Origin: an uncultured delta proteobacterium
Lineage (GTDB): Bacteria; Myxococcota_A; Polyangia; Polyangiales; Polyangiaceae
Length of the DNA stretch: 64,000 nt
NCBI GenBank assembly: GCA_963850305.1
Contig: CAWKKR010000001.1
Location: 640,001 to 704,000 of the forward strand
Direction of reading: 5' to 3'
The translations under genes were made by a program, and so were the position numbers. Positions 29,496 through 39,421 of the stretch are shown here, piece after piece (the first letter of the stretch is position 1; each line of letters starts with the position of its first letter). The notes under the pieces were generated by a model. It was not told the DNA's origin. It ran no database searches and was given only the letters and a program-made list of their open reading frames with translations.

Positions 29496-30451
29496 ACGGC
29501 TCGGCGAGCCCGCCATCCGCCATCCTCCCGGCTCCGGAGCATTCAAGGCCGGCCAATCGCACCGATGCCATTCCGTTGAAGGTTCGTCGCGCGTGCATGT
29601 TCGTCGGTTTCGTGCTCATGGCGGCCGCCGGGTGCAAACGCTCGGCGGGAACCGGCGACCATCCATCTCCCTCGTCGACGCCATCCCGAGCGGCGAGCGC
29701 AAGCGTTCGGTGTCCGCCGCCACCACGTTACGAACCGAGCCCGATCGAACGCGAAGAGGATATTGTCTTTTCGCTCCTCGCGGACGCGATCGACGTAAGC
29801 GACTGGCAGACCGCCTCCGACCGCACGCGCGGCGCCAACGTCGCGGCCGTGCTCGTCAGCCCGGAGCTGGTGCCCGTTTGCTGGGCGCGTAACACCACCG
29901 ACATCGCGAAGGACGCGACCCGCCATGCCGAAGTCGTCGCCATCACGAACTATCTGCGAAATGCGCGCAGTTACGACCTGAAAGGCTACTCGATTTACGT
30001 CACCCTGGAGCCTTGCCCGATGTGCGCGGGCATGATCCTCGTAACACACGTGCACAAGGTGATTTTTTCTACTCGCCAGCACTCTTGGGTGGGGCATACG
30101 TTCGATCGGCTTCAAGCTGCCGCGCTCGGCGAACACGGTGCGTGTCCGCACTACTGGGGGACGGTGGTGGGCGTCGGGCCTGCGGACATCTCCGACTCGC
30201 TCGACAGCGCTTCTTCGCGACCGGACACGTATTATTTTCTGGAGACTGCTGCGGCGAAAGGGATCTTCGAGAAGGCCGAACGTGAGCTGCGCGCCTTTCA
30301 GGCGACAGGCGCCGAAAGCGCACGGGTCCTGCGGCACGCGCTCGACTTCCTGGACAAGGTGCCACGCGGACCCGGTGCGGACCCGTACGAAACCGAGTGC
30401 CCGCCGACCGACCTCGAGCAGCCGTCATCGCCAGCGACGACGGGGGAGTAG
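29492..30451 (+). CDS. Zinc-dependent nucleoside/nucleic-acid deaminase with lipoprotein signal (start 29492 or 29597)
   Basis: 'HAE' and 'YVTLEPCPMCAG' motifs; 'MFVGFVLMAAAGC' lipobox. Confidence 0.85.
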   Translation: MNGSASPPSAILPAPEHSRPANRTDAIPLKVRRACMFVGFVLMAAAGCKRSAGTGDHPSPSSTPSRAASASVRCPPPPRYEPSPIEREEDIVFSLLADAIDVSDWQTASDRTRGANVAAVLVSPELVPVCWARNTTDIAKDATRHAEVVAITNYLRNARSYDLKGYSIYVTLEPCPMCAGMILVTHVHKVIFSTRQHSWVGHTFDRLQAAALGEHGACPHYWGTVVGVGPADISDSLDSASSRPDTYYFLETAAAKGIFEKAERELRAFQATGAESARVLRHALDFLDKVPRGPGADPYETECPPTDLEQPSSPATTGE

Positions 30452-30470
30452 CATTCGCGTCTCGAGCGAT

Positions 30471-31445
30471 TCACAGGACGTCGCCTTCCACCCCGAAGGC
30501 GGCCCCGAACCCCCACCAAGGCAGGGCCGGCACTCCGTCGGGCGTGCTCGTATCCTGACCAATGTGCGTCGCGTCCACGTCGGCACCAATCGTCGAACGG
30601 AAGCGGAGCTTGGCGGCGGCCGGATAGACTGCGCCCGCGTAGATGCCGACGAGTGTCTGGGCGCGGTCGGAGTCGTGTTCGATGCGTGCACCGGTGGTGG
30701 GATCGTGGGTGTGCCAGCCCTCGTGCTCCGCAGCCGCCGACAGGTTCATGCCGATCACCAGGGACAACGCGCGTCCCAGCGCCACGCGGCGCCCCACCTG
30801 GATACCCGAGGAGATGCTTGCAAGATCGGCCGGGCGCGCATCGTCCGCGTCGACCAGGATGTAGCTTGGCTCCCATCGCACGGTGAGGCCGAGGTCCCAG
30901 GCCGGAAGCGCGAGCGCAATGCCGAGGTCGATCGTCGGCGCGCCCAGGAGTCCAGGCCCGGCCAACCGCCCCCCGCCCAGGGCACTCAGGACGAGCCGCG
31001 CCGGAATGGGCACGCTCGTCGTCTCCGCTGGAACCGCAACCTCGACGACGGACGCCTGTTGCGCCGTCGCCCGCGGCGGAACCGAGACGCTCTCGGTAGC
31101 CGGTATCCTGACGAGCAACGCTTCCAGCGTGGGCCAGAGCTCTTCGGGGCCCGCAAGCGTTCGAGCCGCTTCCCGGCCGTCCGTCGTGGTGAACACCAGC
31201 CTCGCGGTCGTGCCATCCACCGTGAGCCGGGCGTCGGCGCACCCATCTACTGCTTCGTGAAGCCGCGTTCGCGCATCATCCACGGAGTCCTGCCAGACGG
31301 GTGCCAGATTCCCGGGGTCGGCGTGCAAGGGGCAGTCCGGCGCGGCGAGCACCGGTCCGGGCGATGCAACCCAGGCGATGATGAAAAGACCACGTCCGCG
31401 CGCCTGCGGCCAAAACGAATTCGCAGTACGCGAGAAGAAGGACAA
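30471..31445 (-). CDS. Secreted hypothetical protein, paralog of 8481-9359
   Basis: Shared 'T.DGR.A.R....EL.PTL.ALLV' and 'RFR.T...DVDATH.G..P.LPW.GF....GVE' motifs. Confidence 0.75.
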   Translation of the reverse strand: MSFFSRTANSFWPQARGRGLFIIAWVASPGPVLAAPDCPLHADPGNLAPVWQDSVDDARTRLHEAVDGCADARLTVDGTTARLVFTTTDGREAARTLAGPEELWPTLEALLVRIPATESVSVPPRATAQQASVVEVAVPAETTSVPIPARLVLSALGGGRLAGPGLLGAPTIDLGIALALPAWDLGLTVRWEPSYILVDADDARPADLASISSGIQVGRRVALGRALSLVIGMNLSAAAEHEGWHTHDPTTGARIEHDSDRAQTLVGIYAGAVYPAAAKLRFRSTIGADVDATHIGQDTSTPDGVPALPWWGFGAAFGVEGDVL

Positions 31446-31646
31446 GCTCGGAGGTGTTCGCCCCCGGAGGCCTTCCCCTTCTCCGCTTCCGTGTCGCCGC
31501 TGGTCAATTTGCCAGGTTGGCCCGAGAGATCGGAAGCGTCAGGAAAGCGACCTCGCGAAATGAAGGTCCGCAAGTGATCAGACGAATAGGCTCCGTCGGC
31601 GCATCAAGTGATGGACGACACCCTCGACTCGCGCGACGGGCTGACT

Positions 31647-32705
31647 TCACCGCGAGAGCGCTTCCATCTCCACGTGTCGAAATCCGTGGGGGTAGTGACG
31701 TAGGTAGTCGAGCGCGGATGTTCTCGTGCCTCCGCGGTCGCCGCACCGCTGAAGGGCGATGACCCGCAGGTACATCGCATCTTCGGTTCGCGGATCCCGG
31801 GGGTGGGTCGCGAGAAAGCGAGCGAACCCGAAGGCGGCCTCCCGATTGTCCCCGCGATCGAGCGCCGCCATCGCGGCGCGGAAGTCGAGCGATGGATCAC
31901 GCACAGGACCCGGCGTCGTGGCGGTCACTGCGCCCTCTTGCTTGCCATTCACCAACGGCGAGGGCGATGGCGCGATCGGCACCGGCTCGTTCGAAGGCGC
32001 CGAGCTGGCATGGGCCGACGCCGGCACCGGCGGTACGGCGGGCGTCCAGGTATTCCCGGCCTCGATGCCCAGGGGGGCCTTGCCGCGCAGCCGCAGCGCG
32101 ACACTTCCTTCCTGGACACTGACGAGCGTCGTGCGCCCGTTCTCGGCGCTGACGGTGAACGTGGTTCCCGTGTCTTCCAGCTCGCCGTCGGGAAGGACCA
32201 CGACGAGCCGGTGCGCCCGTGCAGCGCGGTCGACGTGAATCCGGAGCGAGCCATGCGCGAGGACGACCACCTCGCGGTCCCCATCCGTGCGCTCGGACCA
32301 GGCCGTGGTGCCGTCCGCATGGATCACCGCGCGCGATGCGACGGGCTGCAAGGCTTCTCCGACGCGGCGCCCGCGCTGGACGACGAGAGCCCCGACCAGC
32401 ACGGCGGCGATCGCAGCTGGCCACAGCAACCGGCCACGCGTTGCGCTCGGGCGCACGGATGCCAGCAACTCCCGGTCGAACGCACCCAGTAGTCGGATCC
32501 TCTCGCGGTGCACTCGAACGCGGTCGGCATGCGCCGGAGCGCTTGCGCGGAGCGCCTGGGCAAGCGTCTCGAGCGCCTCGGCCTCGCGCGAGCAATCGGG
32601 ACAGACGGCCAGGTGTCTCTCGAAGGCAGGGCGTTCGCCGTCGCCGAGGCGGCCGTCTCGCAGGGCTTCCGCCTCGAACAGTCTGGGGCAGGAGTGGCCG
32701 CTCAC
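31647..32705 (-). CDS. Anti-sigma factor: HxxxCxxC + TM + FecR + TPR-like C-terminus
   Basis: 'HLAVCPDC'; TM; 'LPDGELEDTGTTFTV..VQEGSV'; paralog of 9928-11130. Confidence 0.85.
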   Translation of the reverse strand: MSGHSCPRLFEAEALRDGRLGDGERPAFERHLAVCPDCSREAEALETLAQALRASAPAHADRVRVHRERIRLLGAFDRELLASVRPSATRGRLLWPAAIAAVLVGALVVQRGRRVGEALQPVASRAVIHADGTTAWSERTDGDREVVVLAHGSLRIHVDRAARAHRLVVVLPDGELEDTGTTFTVSAENGRTTLVSVQEGSVALRLRGKAPLGIEAGNTWTPAVPPVPASAHASSAPSNEPVPIAPSPSPLVNGKQEGAVTATTPGPVRDPSLDFRAAMAALDRGDNREAAFGFARFLATHPRDPRTEDAMYLRVIALQRCGDRGGTRTSALDYLRHYPHGFRHVEMEALSR

Positions 32706-33283
32706 GTTGCCTCGCTCTCTTCGAGCACTCGGCGGAGCTCGCGCCGGGCGGAGTGGAGCCTCGTCCAGACGGTACCGAGGGGAACTCCCAGCACGGCCGC
32801 GATCTCCGCGCAGCTCAGACCCTCGACCTCGGCGAGCAGCAGCGTGATCCGTTTGACCTCGCTGATACGGCCCAGCGCTCGTTCGACGTCCGTCCGTACT
32901 TGTAGCGCTGCACGAGGATCCGACGTCGTGGCCCGCACGGCACGCAACGACGACAGCACGGCCACGAAGCGGCCGAACACCTGGCGCCTGCGCCGCAGGA
33001 GCTGCGCCGCGATCCCGACGAGCCAGGGACGGCACGAGGGCCTGCCGTCGTAACGCGAGGCACTCTTCGCCGCGGCGAGGAAGGTCTCATGCATCAGGTC
33101 GTCCACGTCTTCGGCGTTGGACGTGGCTCGCGCGAGGAAGCGCCAGATCGGTCCGTGGTAACGGTCGTAGAGTTCACCCAGGGCACCGATTTCACCACCC
33201 GCGAGCCGTCGCATGAGCTCCGGATCGGAGGTCCGCGTGGCCTCGCCCAGCCGGGCAACTGGGTGCGTCGCGCCGCGGGTCAT
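32702..33283 (-). CDS. ECF RNA polymerase sigma factor
   Basis: 'DVDDLMHETF..YDGRPSCRPWLVGIA'; 'EIAAVLGVPLGTVWTRLHSARREL'. Confidence 0.93.
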   Translation of the reverse strand: MTRGATHPVARLGEATRTSDPELMRRLAGGEIGALGELYDRYHGPIWRFLARATSNAEDVDDLMHETFLAAAKSASRYDGRPSCRPWLVGIAAQLLRRRRQVFGRFVAVLSSLRAVRATTSDPRAALQVRTDVERALGRISEVKRITLLLAEVEGLSCAEIAAVLGVPLGTVWTRLHSARRELRRVLEESEAT

Positions 33284-34299
33284 AGCGTCCCCACCGTGGC
33301 ACCGAGCGCGAGCCCCATCGTCCAGATCGGCAATCGGGAGGCACCGGACACGTCAGTGCTCCCCATGCGCGACGGGCCGAAGTCTCCTTCGACGCTGACG
33401 AAGGTGCGCAGCGGCGATCGCGCTCCGAACGTCACGCGGGCGTCGACGAGCCCGCGTGGCACCGTGCTCGAGCTCGACTCGGAGACGGCCTTGCCCGAGG
33501 TCGCGAGGCGCGTCTCGGTCGCGGTTCCTTGCAGCGCGGCGGCAGGCCCCGCGAAGAGATCCAGCGCCACGTTCTGGAACGGGAATCGACGACCGGCGAG
33601 GACGGCCAGCTCCAGTGCGCCGCCGTCGTGGGGACCGGGCGTGAGCATCCGGTAGCGATCCAGCCGCCCTTCGAAGCCGACGAGCCATCCGGAGAGCTCG
33701 AGAAACGACTGCGCGCCCGCACCCAGGCTCACCTGCCCGTCACCGATGCGCCCACCGGTGGCGACGGAAAGCTCGATCCGGAAAGCGCTCGAGGACGATC
33801 GGTTCGCCGGCGTCGGCTGATCGCGCTCCGGAGCCACGAGACCTGTCCTGAACGGCGTCTCTGTTCGACTCACGGAGGACTCGCCCGCGCGCGCGACGCT
33901 CGGGTTCGGTGAAGGCGGCGCAGACTCGGGCTGCGCTTCTTCCGGCGCAGCCGATGCGTCGCGCCGCGGCACGACGAGAAGCGCTTCGAGGGTCGGTACG
34001 ATGTTCTCCACTCGCGACACGGACCGAGCCGCGACCCGACCGTCGAGCAACGTCACCTTCACGTCGACCACGGCGTCCCGGACGGTGAGCGTGACGCGGG
34101 CGCACGAATCGACGTCGTCCCGCGCGTCGAAAGCGTCCCGAATGCGGCCAGTCAGCCCTGGCCAGCGGTAGTTCACGGCGGCGTCCGCTTCGACCGTGAT
34201 GGCTGAGCAGGAGCCTTCGCCGGCGAGAGCGGAGCGGCCACAAAGCATCGCGAGGAGGCTCACGACGACGGGAAGGGCAGCTGAGCGACGGCGAGTCAT
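33280..34299 (-). CDS. Secreted hypothetical protein with barrel-like C-terminus; first gene of ECF triad 3
   Basis: Signal peptide; 'DGRVAARSV..PTLEALLV' motif shared with 8481-9359; ATGA overlap with sigma. Confidence 0.75.
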   Translation of the reverse strand: MTRRRSAALPVVVSLLAMLCGRSALAGEGSCSAITVEADAAVNYRWPGLTGRIRDAFDARDDVDSCARVTLTVRDAVVDVKVTLLDGRVAARSVSRVENIVPTLEALLVVPRRDASAAPEEAQPESAPPSPNPSVARAGESSVSRTETPFRTGLVAPERDQPTPANRSSSSAFRIELSVATGGRIGDGQVSLGAGAQSFLELSGWLVGFEGRLDRYRMLTPGPHDGGALELAVLAGRRFPFQNVALDLFAGPAAALQGTATETRLATSGKAVSESSSSTVPRGLVDARVTFGARSPLRTFVSVEGDFGPSRMGSTDVSGASRLPIWTMGLALGATVGTL

Positions 34300-34306
34300 T
34301 GCAAGC

Positions 34307-35377
34307 TCATTTCGGCTCCGTCCAGTCGACGCCGGAGTCCCCGCCCGCTCCGTACGCGTCGGCCTTGCCGCCGTGCAGCCGGAGGAGAATCACGAAGTAG
34401 ACCGCGACGAGAACCGCGGCGATGAACCACCACGAGAGTCCGGCGGAAAGCGATGACGGGGCGTTGGCCGCGTCGTCGATCGTCATCGAGCGAACGCCCG
34501 CGCGGGTCGATCGCAGCAGCACCGGATAGGCGCTCGCCGCAGCGAGGGCCACGAGGGACGCTACGAAGAGCGCCGAGCCGAGGAATGCCGCGCGCGCCGC
34601 GCCACGACGGCCCCGCTCCCAGCAGACCGCGAACGATACGAGCGCGGCGACGACCAGCAGCCACGCCGCCGGGCGAGACAGGAACGCCTCGACCGCGTCG
34701 TGTGCGTACCACCACGAGAGTGCCGTCACGAGGCCCCACATGGCCAGCGTCGGCGCGGCGAGGCGATTCGCGAGCGCCGAGCTCCGGTCCCGGACCGCAC
34801 CGTCGGTCCTGGTGGACAGGAAGCGCGCGCCGTGAAGCGAGAGCACGAGCGCGCCCAGGACCCCCGTCGACAGCGTGTAGCCGTCGATCACACCGAGCGA
34901 CAGCCGGGGCGAGCCGAGGGAGAACAGCTCGAGCGCGAAGTAGCCGTCCGGCTCCAGCGGGAAACCGCGAAGTACGTTGCCGAGCGCGACGCCGAGCAAC
35001 AGCGCGAGACTCGCGCTCGAGAGCTGGAACACCACGTCCCAGAAGCTCCGCCACAGACGGTCGCGAAGGTGGCTCCGGAACTCGATGGACACGCCGCGCA
35101 GCAGCGTCGCCCAGAGCACGAGGAACACGGCGAGGTAGAGCCCGGAGAGCGCCGCTGCGAGCACGCGGGAGAACGCGAGGAAGATCGTTCCGCCGGCCGC
35201 GAGCAGGAACACCTCGTTTCCGTCCCAGAACGGCCCGACCGCGGCGATCACCGCGCGCCGCTCTTCGTCCGTGTGCGCGACGATGCGGTGCAGCGCACCG
35301 GCGCCGAGATCGAATCCGTCCAGGACGACGTACGCGGCGAGGAGCGCCGCGAGCAGAACGAACCAGAGCTCAGCCAT
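34307..35377 (-). CDS. cydB: Cytochrome bd ubiquinol oxidase subunit II
   Basis: 'YVVLDGFDLGAG', 'GPFWDGNEVFL', 'LRGVSIEFR'. Confidence 0.95.
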   Translation of the reverse strand: MAELWFVLLAALLAAYVVLDGFDLGAGALHRIVAHTDEERRAVIAAVGPFWDGNEVFLLAAGGTIFLAFSRVLAAALSGLYLAVFLVLWATLLRGVSIEFRSHLRDRLWRSFWDVVFQLSSASLALLLGVALGNVLRGFPLEPDGYFALELFSLGSPRLSLGVIDGYTLSTGVLGALVLSLHGARFLSTRTDGAVRDRSSALANRLAAPTLAMWGLVTALSWWYAHDAVEAFLSRPAAWLLVVAALVSFAVCWERGRRGAARAAFLGSALFVASLVALAAASAYPVLLRSTRAGVRSMTIDDAANAPSSLSAGLSWWFIAAVLVAVYFVILLRLHGGKADAYGAGGDSGVDWTEPK

Positions 35378-36782
35378 GCGCCGCCTCCCCGCCGCCCGGC
35401 GACGGCAGGGCGCCCCCCTCCCCCGGCCCATGCACTATCTCGCGCCCCGCGAGGAACACGTAGAGCAACCCGAGCACGAAGTAGAGGCCCGCGAAGCCGA
35501 TCAGCGTGAACACCGTGTTGCCCGCGTGAACGCGCGGGCTCGCGCCCTGGGCCGTCCGAAAGAGCCCGTACACGAGCCACGGCTGCCTGCCGAGCTCCGC
35601 CGTCAACCAGCCCGCCGTCGTCGCGATGTAGGGCGCCGGGAACGCGAGCATCAGCGCCCAGAGCAGCGCGCGCGACCGCTCGAGAAAGCGCAGAAACAAG
35701 GCGAGATTCGCGAGCGCCATGAGACCGATCATCAGCGTGCCGAGGCCGGCCATGACGTGGAACGAGTAGTAGAGGAGCTCGATGTTGCCCGGCCACGCAT
35801 CCCGCGGGAACTCGAGGAGGCCCTGGACATCGTCGCGGGTCTTTCCGAACGCGAGGAACGAGAGCGCATCGGGGATATTCACGGGATTGTCGAGGCGGCG
35901 CTTCTCCACGTTCGGCTGCCCGATGATCGTGATCTCCGCCCTCGGCCCGCCGTGAAACCGGCCCTCCATGGCCGCGAGCGCGACCGGCTGGTAGCGCGCC
36001 ACGGCCTTCGCCTGTCGATCGCCCGTGGGGAACGCGACGAGGACGGTCGATGCCAGACCCGCGACGAGCGCGACGCGCAGCGACCGGCGCGCCCCCTCCA
36101 CGTGGACGCCCCGGAGCAACCAGAACGCGGCCACCGCGCACACCACGAACGACGCCGTCACGACGCTTGCGGCCATGGTGTGCGCGTATTCGAAGATCCC
36201 CCACGGGTTCGCGAGCAGCCCGGCGAGGCTCTGGACGAAGAGCCTCCCGTCCGCAGCGACGCCGTACCCCGTCGGGTGCTGCATGAACGCGTTCGTCGTC
36301 ACGATGAAGTAGCCGGATGCCCAGCTCCCGACGAACAGCGCCGCGGCCGCGCCGAGGTGAGCGCGCGGCGACAGTTTCTTCTCGCCGAAAACCAGGAGCC
36401 CCAGGAACGTGCTCTCCAGAAAGAACGCGAACATCCCCTCCATCGCGAGGGTCTGGCCGATGACGCCGCCGGCGAACTCCGAGAACCGGGCCCAGTTCGT
36501 GCCGAACTGGAACTCCATCGGGATGCCCGTGACGACTCCCACGGTGAAGTTCAATCCGAAGAGGCGCGTCCAGAACCGAGCCACGTCCGCATCCCGTTCG
36601 TCGCCGGAGCGGTACGCGACGATCTTCATCACGAACAGCAGCAGCGCGAGCCCCATCGTTAGCTGCGGGAACAGATAGTGATAGACGATGGTGAACGCGA
36701 ACTGCAGCCGATCCCAGAACAGCGCGCCGCCCCCCGCCGCCGTTCGGGCCGCAGCCTCCGCGCCCCCGCCGAATGTCGTCAT
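35370..36782 (-). CDS. cydA: Cytochrome bd ubiquinol oxidase subunit I
   Basis: 'RLQFAFTIVYHYLFP', 'GVVTGIPMEFQFGTNW', 'NAFMQHP', 'AELGRQPW'. Confidence 0.96.
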   Translation of the reverse strand: MTTFGGGAEAAARTAAGGGALFWDRLQFAFTIVYHYLFPQLTMGLALLLFVMKIVAYRSGDERDADVARFWTRLFGLNFTVGVVTGIPMEFQFGTNWARFSEFAGGVIGQTLAMEGMFAFFLESTFLGLLVFGEKKLSPRAHLGAAAALFVGSWASGYFIVTTNAFMQHPTGYGVAADGRLFVQSLAGLLANPWGIFEYAHTMAASVVTASFVVCAVAAFWLLRGVHVEGARRSLRVALVAGLASTVLVAFPTGDRQAKAVARYQPVALAAMEGRFHGGPRAEITIIGQPNVEKRRLDNPVNIPDALSFLAFGKTRDDVQGLLEFPRDAWPGNIELLYYSFHVMAGLGTLMIGLMALANLALFLRFLERSRALLWALMLAFPAPYIATTAGWLTAELGRQPWLVYGLFRTAQGASPRVHAGNTVFTLIGFAGLYFVLGLLYVFLAGREIVHGPGEGGALPSPGGGEAAHG

Positions 36783-36882
36783 CCGGATGCCGTTCGGGAG
36801 GATCCGCCGATCGCGCTCATGGCCCGAATCTCTTCGCTGCGCAGCGGGTGCGCAACGGATTTCGCCGGCCCCTTGTCGCGCC

Positions 36883-36944
36883 GCGGAACTTGCCTGCCGC
36901 CTCGCGAACGGCCTTGCCGCCTCGCGGAACGCCCTTGCCGCCTC
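36883..36944. repeat. Three imperfect 20-21-bp direct repeats upstream of cydA
   Basis: GCGGAACTTGCCTGCCGCCTC / GCGAACGGCCTTGCCGCCTC / GCGGAACGCCCTTGCCGCCTC. Confidence 0.8.
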
Positions 36945-37079
36945 TGAGCGACCGCGCCGGAGCGCCGTAGACACGGCGCGCAGGACAAATGATAGTAGGT
37001 CCGCATCGACGCGCGCGTCGTCCCCCAAAGGATCGAAGAGCTGCGGAACTACGCGAGCGGAGCGAGCCCGCCGAAGGCG

Positions 37080-38055
37080 GTGGGGGGAGCGGGCGCGCCA
37101 GCGAGCCGCGGGGGGCCGAGGCATCCTTTTCCCAGTACGCTGGTGGCTCTCGTCGTATTGCTCGATGTTCTGACGGCGTGCGCCCGTCCCGCGGCGGCTC
37201 CTGCGGCCGTCGCGTCGCCGCCGAACGGCGTTGCGCCAGCGGCCCTGACGCCGACGACCGTCGGGGCGACGTCGAATGGCGCCGCGACGTCGAATGGAAG
37301 GCCCGATGCCGTCTCGGTGCCCCCCGCTGGGATGAGCGAACTGGCCGTCGAAGGCTTCGAGCCCGCGACGGTTTCGTTCCCGAAAGGCGCGCACGGAAAG
37401 ATGCCGCTCCTCGTCGTCGCGCACGGAGCGGGCGACACGCCGGGCGCGTTGTGTCGTGCGTTCCGGGAGCTCGTCGGAGAGCGTGGCGTGATCTCTGTGT
37501 CCCTCGGGACCGCGCCGGTTCAGTTACGCGGAAGGCCGGTATTTCCCGGACCATCCGACGCTCGAAAAAATCGTGCTCGCGTCCACGGCTGCGCTCGTTC
37601 GAGCATATCCGGAGTTCGTCGACGCCGCGAACGCGACGTACGCCGGCTACTCACAGGGCGCGATGATGGGCGCGCTGATGATTCCCGCGCACGGGGCTCT
37701 GTTCCCGCGACTCATCTTGGTCGAAGGCGGCTCCGCCGAATGGTCTCCGGATCACGCCTCGCTCTACCGAAAGAACGGCGGACAGCGCGTGCTCTTCGCG
37801 TGCGGGCGTCAGAAGTGTCAGAGCGACGCACGGGAGACGGCTCGATGGCTCGCTCGCACCGGCCTCGAGACGCGCGTCGTCCTCGGCAACGGTGGACACA
37901 CTTTTCTGAGGGGTGTCAGCGGCGCCGTACACGACGCGTTCGATTGGGTCGTCGCGGACGATCCGAGATGGTCGTCGAGCGTCCTCCCCGGGCAAGGTCC
38001 CGAGGGGCGGCACGCGGAGCTCACGATCCACGATGCGGTCCAGGCGCCGCGGTAG
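37080..38055 (+). CDS. Alpha/beta-hydrolase lipoprotein, frameshifted near 37490-37510
   Basis: Lipobox 'LTAC'; 'VVAHGAGD'; nucleophile elbow 'GYSQG'; 'GGHTF'. Confidence 0.72.
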
Positions 38056-38118
38056 AACCTCCAGTGACGAAGGCAGCAAGTTTCGCCGAGGGCCGAGCAC
38101 CCTCGTGGGGCCGAAGAG

Positions 38119-38403
38119 CTACGTTTGCCTTCGTTGACCGCGCGCGAGCTTCGCCACTTCCGACAGCTTTCGACGCGTCTCCAGGAGCTCGGATCTGAGC
38201 TTCAAGATCACTTCCACGCCGGCCCAGTTCACTTCGAGCTCCCGGACGAGGACGTGGGCGACGCGCGCGTGCTCGGCCGCTTCCGGCGAATACCTGTCGC
38301 CCGTAGCGCGCTGAATCACGCCCAGCTCTTCCAGCCGTTCGACGACTTCTCGATCCCCATCCAGGAACTCCAGGAGCATTTCGATGGTGAACGATTTCGT
38401 CAT
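38119..38403 (-). CDS. cbpM: Chaperone modulator CbpM-like (MerR-type HTH)
   Basis: '[16 protein letters not shown]'; overlaps the cbpA stop. Confidence 0.8.
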   Translation of the reverse strand: MTKSFTIEMLLEFLDGDREVVERLEELGVIQRATGDRYSPEAAEHARVAHVLVRELEVNWAGVEVILKLRSELLETRRKLSEVAKLARGQRRQT

Positions 38404-39305
38404 AAGTGGACCCCTTCACGCACTGGTTTCTCGTATGCCGTCTTGGTGCGCGCGAGTGCCGCGGCGAGCTCCGGATCTTCTTTCTGGGGCAGTCTGACGT
38501 CCAGGACCGCGTAGAGATCCCCCTGTTTCGTCCCTCGCGTGACACCCTTGCCCTTCAGGCGAAGCGTCTGCCCCTGTTGCGAGCGCGGCGGGATCCGAAG
38601 ACGTACGGAGCCGTCCGGCGTCGGCACGTCTACCTCCGCGCCGTTGTAAGCCTCGTCCAGGGTCACCGGCAGCGTCAACGTGAGGTCCAGGCCTTCTCTC
38701 CGAAAATGCGGGTGAGCTCGCACCCGTGTCTCGATGATCAGATCCCCGGGCGGCGCGTTGCCTTCGCCTGGCGCACCGCGACCTTTCACGACCAAGCGCG
38801 AGCCGTCCTCCGCGCCTCTCGGAATGCGAACGGTGATGGGCTCGTCGCTCGACGGCAAGCGGAACGACACCTCCTTGCCGCGCAGCGCCTCGGCGAGATC
38901 CAGCTCGACGAGACCGACGACGTCTTCCCCCTGTCGAGGTCCGGAACGAAACGGTGATGCGTTCCCAAAAAAATCCCCGAAATCGAAGTCGTGAACTTCT
39001 TCCGAGAACGGCCTGCCGGTCCTGTTTCGTCCGTCCTGCCACTTCCGGTAGGTCCGCGCCTGCTCCGGATCGAACCCGCCGCGCAAGCCTTCTTCGCCGA
39101 ACTCATCGTAGAGCTTTCGCTTCTCCGCGTCCGAGAGCACTTCGTAGGCGGCGGAGATCTCCTTGAACTTTGCTTCGGCGCCCTTGTCGCCCGGATTGAC
39201 GTCCGGGTGGTGCTTTCGCGCAAGCTTGCGGTACTCGCTCCGGATCTCCGTCTCCGTTGCCGTCTTCGGGACGCCGAGTAGCTCGTAAAGATCTCTGTCT
39301 GCCAT
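38400..39305 (-). CDS. cbpA: DnaJ-class chaperone CbpA (no zinc finger)
   Basis: J-domain HPD motif; DnaJ C-terminal domain; followed by a cbpM-like gene. Confidence 0.9.
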   Translation of the reverse strand: MADRDLYELLGVPKTATETEIRSEYRKLARKHHPDVNPGDKGAEAKFKEISAAYEVLSDAEKRKLYDEFGEEGLRGGFDPEQARTYRKWQDGRNRTGRPFSEEVHDFDFGDFFGNASPFRSGPRQGEDVVGLVELDLAEALRGKEVSFRLPSSDEPITVRIPRGAEDGSRLVVKGRGAPGEGNAPPGDLIIETRVRAHPHFRREGLDLTLTLPVTLDEAYNGAEVDVPTPDGSVRLRIPPRSQQGQTLRLKGKGVTRGTKQGDLYAVLDVRLPQKEDPELAAALARTKTAYEKPVREGVHL

Positions 39306-39421
39306 TCGCCCCTTCTGTTTAACGAAGTTCTACTAGACTGGAAGGCGTCTCGGCTGCAACGGTGCGTCGCGGGGCTTGGGCCGGGGAGGCCCATGGCAGG
39401 GGTGGGCGGGGTTGCCGTCGA

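Noticed and set aside
29492..30451. Housekeeping tadA
   Set aside because: Too long, has a lipobox, and lacks the typical TadA N-terminal 'EVPVGA' context
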